Below are positions 13,266-26,912 of a stretch of 64,000 nucleotides of DNA, in pieces (the stretch's first letter is position 1; every line of letters begins with the position of its first letter). The position numbers and the translations under genes were made by a program. This DNA comes from Dendrobates tinctorius (Eukaryota). The notes beneath the pieces were generated by a model. It ran no database searches. It was not told the origin of the DNA and worked only from the letters and a program-made list of their open reading frames with translations. Location of the stretch: the NCBI RefSeq assembly GCF_039654945.1, contig NW_027361739.1:17546001-17610000 (forward strand), written 5' to 3'.

Positions 13266-16001
13266 TTTTCTGCAGAAGCGACAATCTGCGTCTTTATTTC
13301 CGACAGTCACATGAGAACTGTCCCCACAGTCTGTCCCACAAGGCCAGTCTACCCTGGGAATGCAGAAGTGCCTGCTGGTGTTATGTTAGCGGCTGATGGG
13401 GGCAGAGTGTAGTGGAGAGCTTTTTACCCTCCATTGGGAACAGACAAACGGAACAAATGATCCCCTGCATCGGCAGCCGAGGGGCCACATTGATTATAAT
13501 GGGGCCTGTTTTACAGATTGAAAAAACAAAACAAGTCCATACAAGCAGAAAGTTTTCTTTGTTTGAAAGAACCAGACTCCAGATGTCGCCATAAGGGCTG
13601 ACCGCATATAGTCAGCCCAAGTGCCGTGTAACAAGACATCGGATCGCACGCAGACCAACGTTATTTTATGGAGCCGTGCAAATGTCCGATTTTTTTTTTT
13701 CGCCTGACAGAGTTTATCCAAGGAAAACATCACTGCAAGCCTGATTTGCATCCAATACTCAGATTGCACTCGGACGACATCTGAGTGCAGTCTGATTTCC
13801 ACAGACTGACCGAATGAAGAACATTTTTTTTTACATGTTCTCCACATCTGAGAAAATCAGATCACACTGAGATCATACTCACATACGATCAGACTAATCA
13901 CACTATGATCAATTTCCCGCTTCCATTTCCATCACTGATGTAGCGGAGAAGCGATTCAGTTTGACTGTTCCTAAAACAGAACAGATCAAGTGAACATCCG
14001 AACAGACGGACGTGTGAACAAAGCCCTACATGTGCATCTCTGTAGCTGCATGGTCAGAAATTGCAAGTTCTCAGGGTATGCTATGTTTCTACTTTTTATT
14101 CTCCTAAGATGAAATAAAGAGAAATGTTATTTCCAGTTCTAGGGCTTTCATGTGGCTGCAGAGTACAAGGGTCTTATCCCCATCTCCTAATGCGAGCGAT
14201 CACAGCAGGGAGACAGAGAATATGGTGAATGTGATCACAATGCAGGTGGGTGACATCTTCCCTATTGTGCAGGCAGAAGAGAATTATGTCAGTTCTGCTT
14301 CAAAGGGGTTTTGATATGCTGTCACCTTGTCCAGGATTAGAAAAACATTGCACCTTCTAAAAATAGTGCCACCCCTATTCTCAGGCTGTGTGTGGTATTG
14401 CAGATCAGCCCTGCTAACTTCAATAGCGCTAAACTGCCATTCCACACACAACCTGCAGACAGGTGTGGCGCTGTTATAAAACAGAAACGAGCCATAACAT
14501 TCTACATTCTCTTTGTATGACTAGTGTGCGATCACTATGTGCAGGTCAGGAGCCACCTAGTGGCTAGAATATAATGAAGTTCTGAAACAAGTTTCTTACT
14601 TTGTCTATATTTCATATTCTGTCCTCCTTTACTGTCAGCCACTCCTGCAGCGAGGCCATATGTACAGAACTGATCATCGGGTCCTCTGCTCCCTGCCCAG
14701 AACCATCAGTGCTGACATGGATGGCTTATAACACAGAGCAGTACCTTACCCCCAATTACTAGTGCAGAACTTCTCTAGGGCTGCCTCTATCTTCTGGAAT
14801 TCTCTGCCTTCTCTATTACTCAGCCCAAACTTGAATCTGTCTGATCCCTCGAACCCGCCATATTTATGTCTACCAATGGCCACTACTGGAAGATTAATCA
14901 TTGATAACTGGCCGTAGTATACCTGCTGAGACAGGGCTATAGTACAAAAGTCATCTTAGTTCCTGCTGACAGAACATGATGGACAAGCTGTGATGGGACC
15001 TCATCATAAGACAGTTCTTAAAGGGGTTATCCCACGCCGCTTGCTCACTTCCATATGGGAGGCGAATGGTGCCAATGGCTTTACCACCCTGAGACGTGTG
15101 GGCGGTCATTGGATATTGTGCATGATATACCCTTGAAATGTTTAAGAAAAACATGGCAGCTTTCCATTGGCCCTTCTGCTGAGCTTCAGCTTTTTAAAGT
15201 GATGGCAGAGTTGCAGTACCACATGTGACCTGTATACAGGCGTGGCACTGTTTAAGGAACAGAGAAGCGATAATGACATAAAACTACATTTAATAATGAA
15301 ACCTTTCTTGCTCTAGTTCAGACATTGACCCTGCTGCTGCTAATCACCTAAGTCCAGATGTATGGACCTGTAGTTCCACTATTTTACCATTAGACACCCT
15401 TCCTTGTGTGGCCTCTGCTTTTGGGGGCAGTAGAGGGTTGCGGGTGGTGTTATTCTCAGTAACTGGTGTGTGTGGAGGGAGATAACGCTGAGCTGATGAC
15501 GTGGTTTGGCTTGTGGACATCGCCTCTACTGTGGTGACTCCATTCTGCAAAGTCACCGTCTGCTGCTTGGTAAGACCCTTTTTACATATTCCATTCCTCC
15601 AATTTTCGGTAAGAGCTGCTTATGGGAAAATGCAGACGAGCGAAATGACTGTCATTATAGCTTTTACGGTGCTTGTCACCCATCTTTCCAAGACTCCTGA
15701 AAGGAAGATCTGCCCTACTGTAGTGATGAGAGACTAGAGGATGACTCCCTGCCTGCATGTCTGGATAGATTTACCATTCAGAACTCTGGGAAAGTAGAGC
15801 AGTGCCCCAGTGTGAGTCCTTATGGTGGCCATACCGGCTGCAACTCAGCTTTTTCTAGGAAATATATATATTTATTCTATATAATTTTTTTAAATTATTT
15901 TTTAACTGATCCAATCCTCTCTATCCTTTTGTATTCTGTAGGTGATTCCCACTGACACTGTGGATGACATACCCTGTCCTGTAATCCCTCCGCGTGTGCA
16001 G

Positions 16002-16041
16002 AGATAATAAGACGGCCGGTGACGTCAGCACCAGTATATAA
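16002..16041 (+). promoter_or_regulatory. TUBB1 core promoter: GATA (AGATAA 16002), CRE (TGACGTCA 16020), TATA (TATATAA 16035)
   Basis: Motifs read directly, 75-115 bp upstream of the ATG. Confidence 0.6.
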
Positions 16042-16116
16042 TCTCCAGTGAAGTTTTGCGGCGTCACAGTCTCTGAACCACAGAATTGACCTGAAAGTTC
16101 CTCCCCGGAGTCCAGG

Positions 16117-16173
16117 ATGCGTGAAATCGTCCATCTGCAGATCGGTCAGTGCGGGAATCAAATAGGAGCAAAG
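16117..16173 (+). CDS. TUBB1: Beta-1 tubulin (class VI) exon 1
   Basis: MREIVHLQIGQCGNQIGAK, 57 nt, followed by GTGAGC donor. Confidence 0.97.
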
Positions 16174-19100
16174 GTGAGCGACGTCCCATGCCCAGCACCA
16201 GTGATGGGGATAGAGGGGCTCTCATCTGTACATTATACCATCATTATAGTGATGGAGGCTTTCCTGGCGACTGTGAATACGGATGTAGCAGAGCTAAGCT
16301 TGTTACGGAACTGTGTTTGTCACCGAGTAAACTCTTGCAGTTAGGATAAGCCTGTCGGTTTAAGAGCGCTCCTATATAAAACCACAAAAACACATGATAT
16401 CAAACTCCACTCTGCTACATTTGGCATCTGTATGTCCATTATGCTGGCTCTTCGCTTCCTTCGGCTCAGCATATTGTGTAACTTGCACAGGAAACTTACA
16501 GAATATGTAAGTTGTGTATGGGGTCTGTAGGTCAGGAAATACTCCCTTGAATCTCCATATCTTCCTTTTTTTACCCCCCGAAATGATGATTAGTGGGCTA
16601 CCCCAAGTGGAGCAGTACCCACTACAATCACATCAATGCCTCTCACCTAGACACCTACTATCTCTACTGATATGGGAGCCTTAGTTTTTGCTCCCATACA
16701 CATAAGAGAGTAGTCATATCTCACAATTTGAAGATTGACAGTGTATAGGGGTCCTCCGACTCTCCAGCCCCCACACATAATGGCTGGGCAAAAAAAGATT
16801 AGGTTTGAGCTTCAGATTCTTTTCTGGTTGGGTGACTGGTTGCAGCTTACTCTGCTCTCCCCATTGAAAACTCGTCCGACGGCTAACCAAGATGATAACT
16901 GCCTGGGCCTCATCTGTGGGGGGGCGACCCTTATACATAATGGATCACTGTCAAGTCCTGCTAAAAAAGGGAGTTACATCATCTTTTCTCTGTGTATGGG
17001 GGCTTTAAAGAGTAACCGTTTTCTTAATTTTTATTTCATAAATCAGTCGTGCACATGAAACTTAGTTACTGTCTAACATAACTTATCAGAGAAATCTGCT
17101 TCTTTCTCTCCATGGTTTGCTCTTTCACTCTCAATTCACAGGTAAAATCTGTATTCAGTGAAGACAGATTTCTCCATTACTGAGATAGGAGATGGCAGTT
17201 GGTGATTATAATATTCTATGGAGGAGGGAGGAGCTAGAGGCCGATACAGACATCCTGCCACAAGTTCTCCTAAAACAAGTTACAGTTCTCCATAGAACTT
17301 CATGAGCACCAACCGTCATCTATCTCAGTAATAGAAAAGTCTATATTCACACACCTTAGCCATGAATTGAGAACTTTGAGAATGAAAGATCAGTGCAGGA
17401 GGAGAAAGAAGCTGATTCCTCTGCTAAGATATATTACAAATTTGATAATTTTCATGTGTATTATTGATTTATGAAACGAAAATTAAATGACTCCTTAAGA
17501 TTATTAGTCTTCACTATGAAGAGAGATCCATTTATACACAGCTGTATAGGAACTTTGCTCCCCTGACAGTATAGCAGTATAGGGGGGAAACAGCACCTTT
17601 AGTCACATCACAACACCTGTATAAAGGGTTCAGACGCCTGTATCAGACCACTCATCTCCGCAGATTGCACAAGTGATTGGAGAGCTTCAGGCCCCATTAC
17701 CTTTTGTATGTATCTTTTACTCCTCATAAGTTTAGAGGAAGTTTTAGGTTTCATTCAGCTGTGAGTGTTGTGTATCAGTACGATGGCCGATTGCACAAGG
17801 ATGAAAACATAGAAAATGAAAAGTATCTAGTGGAGATGTCCAAGAGCGCCTCAGTAGTCTTCATCCGACCTCAGTCTTCTCTCTTTTGTGCATCAATTCA
17901 TTGTAACTTTTTCAGTTCAGTTTGCAGTTACTGAATAGAAACCCAGTTCTGCTCACGTGATGATCGTCTCTTTACACTAAAGTAATAACACAAGGGACAG
18001 TAAGCAAAGACCTTGAAAATCAGAACATGCGATATACGGAATTACAATATACAAAATTAGCTTTATTCACCGACTGACGCTCTTAGGGTACGTGCCCACG
18101 ATCAGGAATAGCAGCATTCAAAGCGCTGCGTTGTACAGCACAAGCACAGTGGATGGGATTTATAGAACTCTCATGCCCACTGTGCTTCTATTTGACGTTG
18201 CGTAGACTCGCCCACGACGCGCGTTATGGCAATTTCCACAATAGAATGTATTGGATGCAGCAAATCCACATTGTTCAGTAAACACGTAGATTTACCTGCG
18301 TGATTAGAACGCAGCGAAAATACGCTCCGTCTAAAGCGCTGTTACTTCTGGATTGTGGATCCCGACTATTTAATTGGGACCTGTGGACAATCTGTGTGCA
18401 GCCAGACTAATTGGTCCCTCTGCCTTCTGGAGAATACGTATACTATCATACATATGTCTGGTTTATGAGCCGTGACACATTTTTGTGGCAGCCACCCTTC
18501 CTCAATGAAGTAAAGTGCTAATTTAACAAAGCTTAAAATATATTTTTTTGGATAGGAAAGTGTCACCACCATCTATAGTAAGCGGTCATCCTCAGAAGAC
18601 TATGAGGCAGCAGTGTATCTGTAGGTGGTAGGTCCACGCTCCATAGGAATAGCATATGGTGGAGGTTTGGAGACAGTGTTCGATGTATGGAATCCTGCAC
18701 TGTTGGGAGCGTGAAGCTTTTCTGTAAGTCGGTAAAGTGCAAACGAGGGAATGACGGGGCCTGGCAGGGCTGGTAGCGGAGGGTGTGCCCCACGCTATGG
18801 GGGAGACTGATAAGAGGACATGGGCAGGTCTGCTGAATGGAGATGAAGATAGCAGTCTTCCACTACTGCAATGTTCTTCTTTCCTGAGCTGTCAGAAAAC
18901 CGCAGCCTCAAACCCAAAGGCGCCAAGCACCCTTCTTAAAGGGGCTGCTCTGTAGACAAAGACAAGGTTTGGGCCATCATCCCGAAAGTGTCACTTCCAC
19001 CCTACAGCCATCAGAGGAGAGGACTACAGATGAACCCTGCACTGTCCACTTGCTTATTTGCACGGCCTTGGCTCACAGCAGCCATTACTTTATTAGTTTC

Positions 19101-19195
19101 CAGTGTACAGAAGGTTTTCTGGGTGTTCATGAAGTGTGTGCTCGCTCTTACACCGAGCTGAGATCCATGGTGACCACCTCTGTGTTTCTCTGTAG

Positions 19196-19304
19196 TTCTG
19201 GGAAGTGATTAGTGATGAACACGGCATCGATAATGGAGGCAGCTACAAAGGCGACTCCGACCTGCAGCTGGAGAGGATCAGCGTCTACTTCAACGAGGCG
19301 CATT
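19196..19304 (+). CDS. TUBB1: TUBB1 exon 2
   Basis: tgtag|[36 protein letters not shown]|gtaagt; canonical 109 nt. Confidence 0.97.
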
Positions 19305-19390
19305 GTAAGTATCTCTTCATGAAGTACTCAGCCTTCCTTTCGTTGCCAGGGATTATTTCTGACATTGTGCTCTCTGCCTTTCCTCCATAG

Positions 19391-19501
19391 CCCATAAGTA
19401 CGTTCCTAGAGCTGTGCTTGTGGATCTGGAGCCTGGCACCATGGACAGTCTACGCTCCAGCACTATTGGACCTCTGTTCCGTCCTGATAGTTTCATCCAT
19501 G
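19391..19501 (+). CDS. TUBB1: TUBB1 exon 3
   Basis: ccatag|(S)[36 protein letters not shown](G)|gtaatg; canonical 111 nt. Confidence 0.97.
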
Positions 19502-20852
19502 GTAATGAAGATATATACACGACACCTTATTTTATGTTTCATACTTTTAAGGTTGTACAAAGATACAAGTCGAGATTAACCTACACCCTAACATGTCGAT
19601 CCAGGAGAAGATAAAACCCCATGAGTCAGATGGCAATTGCCCTTTATTACCCACATTAGGGGGTAAATTCATTCCCGACTCCACTTATGGCAATGAGGCT
19701 AGTTCTCTGGATCAACGTCCCATTACAGAATATAGTACCCATAACATATATTTATCAAGAAGGGCCCTACCTGAATATGTGAATGATGGAAATAGAAAAG
19801 AATACATGACTGTAGACCGGATCCGTTTACTTAGGGTCCAAAGGTGGAGGTCCAAGCTGAACGCAGTGTCACCCTATTGATGTCTTGCAAACTTTGTAGA
19901 ATTAGTTACATATTAGTTACAGGATTTTGTATTTTCCTAGTGAAAAAAAACGAATCTCTATATTAATACAGACCCAAGACCAGGCAAAAAATAGGCAAAT
20001 AGTCACTGCTCCTGACTCTACTTCACTTCCAAGTACCACTACACACAATGCCAGCATCAGGCCCCGGCAGAAGTCCAGCCCCTGATGTCACACTCACTGT
20101 CCAAAGATGCATTTGAGAAGACACTGTCCTCCTGCAAAGCATCTATGATGGCAGGTCTGCACATTCGGCATCCCTGTCCTGGATACAGATCACAGTCTGC
20201 CAGCTTAGGACTGATGCTGTAGACATTTATACAATGTAATTTGTACACTGTATAGACCAGGAGTGCACACCTTACAGCTAGTGATGAGCAAAGTTGCTCG
20301 GATAAGATGTTATCTGAGCATGCCTGTATGCCAATTGAGTAACTTCGGTGTGGTAAAAAAATATGTTTGAGTCCCTGCGGCTGTCCGACAACTGCAACAC
20401 CTGTAGGGATTGCTGGTTTGTTAGGTCATCCCTGCATGTGTTGCGGCTGTTCAACAGCCGCGGGGACTCGAACATATTTTTTGAGCTCGCCAAAATCACT
20501 GTGTCATACTTCACCCATGGTATAACATAATGCATGTTTCCAAAGTTCTCCATTAAATAGGTATCCCTGCCTCATATATTTGAGATAGCCGAAGGATCTC
20601 CATAGATTGGGGTCTGCTAGACCAATGTGATGCACTTTAGAGAGATGATGTAAAAATGTTACAATGTCTCACTCTCTCCATTGTCATTATTGGGAGTGTG
20701 TGTCCATAAGGCTGGATACACAGATCCGGCTTTCACTGTCTGATTATTGACCATGAAGTCCAGACTAAACGCTGGTCTCCTAACCTGAACTCAGCAGCCT
20801 CATAAGTATATAGGAGGCTGAGAAATTTGTACTTGGACATTATGGTCTAGTC

Positions 20853-21215
20853 CAGTGTTTCCCAAACTCCAGTCCTCATGGCCCCCAACTGAGCATGTTT
20901 TCCAGACCTTCTTAGTATTAGATAGGTGAGAGAACCTGTGCCAGTGTCTGATGCCTTGATAATAATTCCATCACCTGTGCAATATTAAGGAAAACCCTGA
21001 AAACATGATCTGTTGAGGGCCCTCAGGACTGTAGTTTGGGAATCAGTAGTCTAGACCAATGTTGCCAAACGCCAGTCCTCCAACAGATCATATTTTCAGG
21101 ATTTCCTTAGTATTGCTCAGTTTCTGATGTCTTGAGGATAATTCCATCACCTGTGCAATACTGAGGAAATCCTGAAAATATGATCTATTGGAGGACTGGC
21201 GTTTTGGAAACACTG
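20853..21215. mobile_element. Two tandem hAT-type MITEs (20853-21048 and 21057-21215)
   Basis: CAGTGTTTCC(C)AAAC-type TIRs; 8-bp target GTCTAG(T/A)C at 20845, 21049 and 21216. Confidence 0.75.
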
Positions 21216-21290
21216 GTCTAGACTATGGTGACAGAGGTCCTTGAGCTGTTATTATATGGAATTGATAAACATTCATGTTTTAATTAACAG

Positions 21291-22387
21291 GTAACTCTGG
21301 AGCTGGCAACAATTGGGCAAAAGGCCACTACACCGAGGGAGCAGAGCTGATTGAATCTGTAATGGATATAGCAAGAAAAGAGAGCGAAGGCTGCGATTGT
21401 CTTCAAGGATTTCAGCTGGTGCACTCTCTTGGAGGAGGAACCGGATCTGGAATGGGGACGCTCCTTATTAACAAGGTTCGTGAAGAGTACCCAGATAGGA
21501 TTATGAACACTTTCAGCATTATGCCCTCCCCCAAGGTCTCAGATACAGTAGTGGAGCCTTACAATGCCATCTTGTCCATCCACCAACTGATTGAGAACAC
21601 AGATGAGACCTTCTGCATTGACAACGAAGCCTTGTACGATATCTGCTTCCGCACACTGAAGATGTCCAACCCAACATATGGTGACCTTAACCATCTGGTG
21701 TCCATGACAATGAGTGGAGTGACTACTTCTCTGCGATTCCCTGGTCAGCTTAATGCTGATCTCAGAAAGTTAGCAGTCAACATGGTGCCTTTCCCTCGTC
21801 TTCATTTCTTCATGACTGGTTTTGCTCCTCTAACATCCCGCAGAAGCCAACAATATAAAGCTCTGACAGTGCCTGAGCTAACCCAACAGATGTTTGACTC
21901 CAGGACCATGATGACTGCCTGTGACCCACACCATGGTCGCTACCTAACAGTGGCCGGAATCTTCCGTGGTCTAATGTCCACCAAAGAAGTGGATGAACAG
22001 ATGTTGGCCGTGCAATCCAAGAACAGTGCCTACTTTGTGGAGTGGATTCCCAACAACGTCAAGGTTGCAGTGTGCGACATCCCACCCCGTGGTCTCAAGT
22101 TGGCTTCTACCTTCATTGGAAACAACACAGCGATCCAGGAAATCTTCAGACGGATTGCTGAACAGTTCTCAGCCATGTACCGAAGGAAAGCATTCCTCCA
22201 CTGGTACACAGGAGAAGGCATGGATGAGATGGAGTTTACCGAGGCAGAGTGTAACACTCATGACTTGATTGCAGAATACCAGCAGTACCAGGAGGCCACA
22301 GCCGAAATGGAGGACTATTTTGAAGATGAGGTTGAAGAGACAGAAGTAGTGCAAATAACAGAGACAGTACAAAAGGTTTACATGTAG
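21291..22387 (+). CDS. TUBB1: TUBB1 exon 4 to stop (protein 457 aa in total)
   Basis: aacag|[17 protein letters not shown]..., GGGTGSG GTP motif, GVTTSLRF (Ser as in classes III/V/VI); synteny with CTSZ and ATP5F1E identifies it as TUBB1. Confidence 0.96.
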
Positions 22388-23901
22388 AAGACCTTTAAAA
22401 TTTGGTGATGAACTCTCAGTACCACTTGTACTGCAATAACTTGGGTCTCATTTAAATGGTCATAATGCAGCTGCAAGTCCTGGCATAATCACAGGACTAT
22501 TGAATGATTAACAGTATTACAGACCCCAGTGATCTCAGTATGGGACATGACTTGCATGTGTATGACCGAGGCCTACGTCTAAGGCCTTGTTCAGACAGCC
22601 TTTTTTTTCCTCGTATGTATATTAAAAAAAGACTGATTTTTCATCTGTGTGCAGGAACAAATTTTTATCAGGGTTTTATCACATTTGTTTGGCTATAACA
22701 AAATTATGTTCCCCCCCCAGACACGTGAGCAGTCCCGTAGACTTGAATAAGTACATGTTCTGTGAAAATCATGGATGTTTGAATGAGGCCTGTAGGCTTT
22801 GTGGAAATTGGATTTTACAAGGTCTAGACCATGATATATTGCTCGCCCTGTATATTATTTTCTGTATATAGATAAGATCTGGGATAGGTATTTTACATCT
22901 GTATTTTTAAACCCAAACCAGGAGTGGAACAGTCAGAAGTATAATAGAAACCCATCACCACTTGTGCTTTTTACACCCACTCCTCGTTTTGGCTTACAAA
23001 TACTGATGTAAAATACTGAATGTGTGAACATGGCCTAAAGGTGATTTTCAGAGATGCTTTTCAAAATGACTTGCCGTTTTCAAATATTGCATGTGTAACA
23101 AGCCCAGGCTTTGTTAGGCTACTTTCATCTCTTTATAGGAAATCAGTCACCAGGTTTTTGCCATGTAATCTGAGAACAGCATGATGTAGGAACAAAGACG
23201 CTGATTTCAGTGATGTATCACTTACGGGGACGCGTTCTGTACTTTTGATAAAATCCCTGTTTTCCCTGCTGCAGATCTTGCAGTTCTCTGAATGCTGAGC
23301 TCTGTATAACCCCACCCACACCACTGATTGGCAGCTTTCTGTGCACAGGCAGAAAAACGTCAATTAGTGGCGATTGTGGTGTTACACAGTGCAGAAGGAC
23401 TAAATGACAAGACCACTGGTGATAATCTCCTGCTAATAAAACACTGATCTTATTGAAGCCACAAGTCGTCCAGTAAGTAACACAGCGCTGGTAACAGGGT
23501 CTCTGCTCCTACATTATGCTGCTCTCAGATAACATAGCAGATATCTGCTGCCAGATTCCCTTTATCCAATGGAAGCCATAATACTGTGCTGGGTCTGTCA
23601 TACAGCAGATCACGAGTCTGGTTTTGATAGAGTGGATGGGTGGCTGCACATGGTGCTATTCCTTCTATCAAAGCTTAGAAATGATTATAGTGATATTGCT
23701 ATTGTGCATATGCAAGGGGGCCAACATTTCTTTCCCATTTCCAACCCGAGAGCAAAGTTTACACTGACACTTCATATGCTGAGGCCTCCACAACCTACTG
23801 CTATTTACTGCTGACTTTCAGATTTATGTTCTTAAAAGCTACCCGACTGTAAGAGGTCCGTTTCCTTTATGGCTTTGCTTGTATTTGTCTTCTTAGTGCC
23901 C

Positions 23902-23907
23902 AATAAA
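23902..23907 (+). terminator. Candidate TUBB1 polyadenylation signal
   Basis: AATAAA ~1.5 kb after the stop, outside recognised MITEs; unverified. Confidence 0.3.
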
Positions 23908-25484
23908 GGAACAAAATCATGTCTTGAGTAAAGTTAAGTTGCTATACAAAAGGTCCCATGGTGTAGATGAAAATTGTAAAGACAGGAGCAGCTCTTGTTG
24001 TTCTGCACGCGCCTTCGACAGGTAAGGAACATACAGCCTGTGTCTCACACAATAGGGCCTAGAAAGATCCGCTGTAGGTTAGCCGACCATCTGATGCCTC
24101 GGATTTGGTTAGACATGTAACCAGATAATCAATAAGTTATCACTTCACTCTGTGATCCATTTTCCATACGTCACGATACACACAGCCCTTTCCTCCTCTG
24201 TACTATTACAAGAAGTATAGACATATGGGTTCATCATGAGACAGAATCACCCACACCTATCATCTGCTATACTTCCCTTTTTCAGATTACAGATGAGACA
24301 ACTGTACATAAGGCTGTTAAAAAAAAAAAAAAAAAAAATCCACGTGCTTTATATCCAGAGACTTCTTGTAAAAGCCAGAACAGACCCATCGATATCAGCG
24401 TTGAAAGTCTACTGTATAGATGTCTATGACATGCTGGGGGAGAGTGACAGCTATAAAGCAGGGAAGGAAGCACGGTTCCCAGCGATAACACAAAAGGAAA
24501 GAAAGGGAAAAAAAAAAAAGTTGGCTTCACACTGATATCAACGCAAGTGTCACATCCTTTCAGTTACACTCCACATGTGCAGTGTGATGGTCCTACCAGC
24601 AGGGGGAGCCAGGAGATCTATCACCCATAAGTGAAGAAAACACCTTTTTAACCAAAATATTTTATATAAATAAAAAGGCTGTAAATGAAGGATGAAGCCA
24701 TGTCCTCCAGGTACAGCACCACACCTGACCATGGGGTTTTACACTAGAGTTGCACTGACTAAAGCAGACATCCATGGAGGGGGGGGGGGCGCTGTTCCTT
24801 AAGGAACCCTCGTCTTCTAATCCCCCTACAACATTAGGCAATTTTGCTTGTTATCTTGTCCCAATAGCTGTCCTGTAACGATGCCACACTTGTCATACTG
24901 CTCACCATTACGAGACTCACATGTACAGATCGGTCTATCAGTATGATAGGCCATTTTTTTTTTTTTTTTTATTATTTTGCAGTCACTGGCAGTTATCAGC
25001 AGGGAGGCAGCTGTGTTTCCCCCACATATGCTAAAATAAATGGAAGAAGGCCAAGAAGGGGGTTCTAAGTGTCTCTTAGCAACAAATGTGTGAATAATGA
25101 ACGGCACATGGATGGCGTCCATATACTGTCAGTCATTCAGCCCAAAAAGCCCACCACAGTGGTACAAGTGTACAATATTTTCATACATGCCATCAGTACA
25201 TGCGATCCATAGCCACAGACTAGAATACGTGTGTGCAGGCCATGCAAAACAGACAGCATGGACATCTGAATAAGGCCTAACAGATTTCCATTTTGTCAAG
25301 GAGGGTTTTTTCACGCCCTAATCTTTGTAGCGTGGGCATTGTGCAAGTCATGTTGATCCCCCATAGTATCACAGGGGAGCAGCTTTACAGTGCAAGAATA
25401 CCAGTAACCCTCATCTCAGCAATATGGAAGGATTGAGGGGGTACTTTACTATTTGTTGAAGGAGTGGAAAGACAGGAAACATTT

Positions 25485-25612
25485 ACAAATAATAAATCCT
25501 AATTTATTCATTCACTCATTTAGTCAGTGTACTCCAGGACAGGAACAGCGACATGTTCAGACGGGAGGCGGCTCTGAGGGAATCTTCTTGTTCCAAGATT
25601 GATGGAGAGAAT
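25485..25612 (-). other. ATP5F1E: ATP5F1E non-coding terminal exon (3'UTR); distal end approximate
   Basis: Acceptor ctttgtcttttcag ending at 25613; AATAAA on the minus strand at 25503-25508. Confidence 0.65.
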
Positions 25613-26788
25613 CTGAAAAGACAAAGTAGCCGTTACTGCACAGTGAAGAATGGAATGGTGTAAGCCCACCACAAAGATGCTCAGTGCAGGGACAGGGGTC
25701 CCCCCATTTATGATGCCTCTTCACAAACCAGAACAGAGGTTTCTGTGTAGATCTGGTGGACTCAAAATATCCTTGTATTACATGGATGACTAGTCATATG
25801 AATGGCTGCTGCAAAGGAAACGCCTGCCTGAACGTGCCTTACTTTGGTAGAAATCAAGAGTGGGACGCAAGGCAACGAAAAGACTGTGATGGAACAAAAC
25901 CACTGTCATTCATCAGTATGGCTGCCACATAACATCACATTTTCTCTACAGTGTCTTCCTGCAAGATCAGGGGCATTATGAGAGGAGTCGACACTACATC
26001 ACAAACCCTTTTCCTGGGAAATACACATCTCATAGGTCACTCAAGTGTAGCGGCATAGTCAGGGATGTATGAGAAGTCCAGAAAAGATAGTAATGGCCAT
26101 AAGTCAGCCTGGATTGCAGCTACAACAATCAGTTTCAGTTTGTTTTAATGGAGACGAAGCCTAAAAAAGGTATTGAAGAGGTTGTCCTACGAACAAAGTA
26201 CATTTTAATCAACAGATTTTGGAATTAAAAGTTCCATAATTGGAGGTGCTAAAAAAGTAATATTTCTGTGCTGAGAATCTTATAAATGTGCCCCTGCTGT
26301 GTACTGTGTAATGGCTGTGCGTTACCATACAGGGACATAGTCTGATCACACCACAGCTCCTGGGCAGAGGAGGAAGGAAAAGAGAATACAGACAAGACAA
26401 CAATGGAGTCTACTATGTCTGGGTACCCGCCTCCAGTAGGCATACACGCTCGAAAACGATGCACAGACACCATTAAAGCCTATGGCTCCATCGGCGCATA
26501 CGTCCGAATCCAGTTTTGCAGGGGTGGGTTTGGACGTGAGGGGCCATCATGTGCAACAAGCCTACATGCTGACTGTATCTGTGGAGAGGACAGGTGGATC
26601 ACAGGGTTTTTTTCTGCATTTCACTAGTAGTTGCCGTGGATCTGTGGACATGCGGCTCCCAGCCATGTTGGACACCACCATACATCTGCCCTATATTTAC
26701 TGGGGACACATTTCCTGCAGGGCACTGCCCCTGTAATTAGGGCAGCCATCGTCCTGACAGTAACGGCATGTACAAGCACTCACCCCAT

Positions 26789-26912
26789 TCACTCTTTCTT
26801 CGGTTTGATGAGCTTCACATTGGCGACTGCCAACTTGTCAGCCTCCACTTTGAATTGTGGTTTCAGAGCCGCTCTCACTGCCCTGGCGCAGATATGAGAG
26901 TAGCGGATGTAG
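26789..26912 (-). CDS. ATP5F1E: ATP synthase F1 epsilon subunit, exon 2
   Basis: cttcacag|(S)YIRYSHICARAVRAALKPQFKVEADKLAVANVKLIKPKKE*; GTGAGT donor 5 nt after the stop (26783). Confidence 0.95.

Noticed and set aside
3959-13310. Very long Pro-rich minus-strand ORFs, including 1167 aa in frame with CTSZ exon 1
   Set aside because: The C-rich repeat strand is stop-poor in all three frames and shifts frame with G-run length; the signal peptide starts at the ATG at 3860
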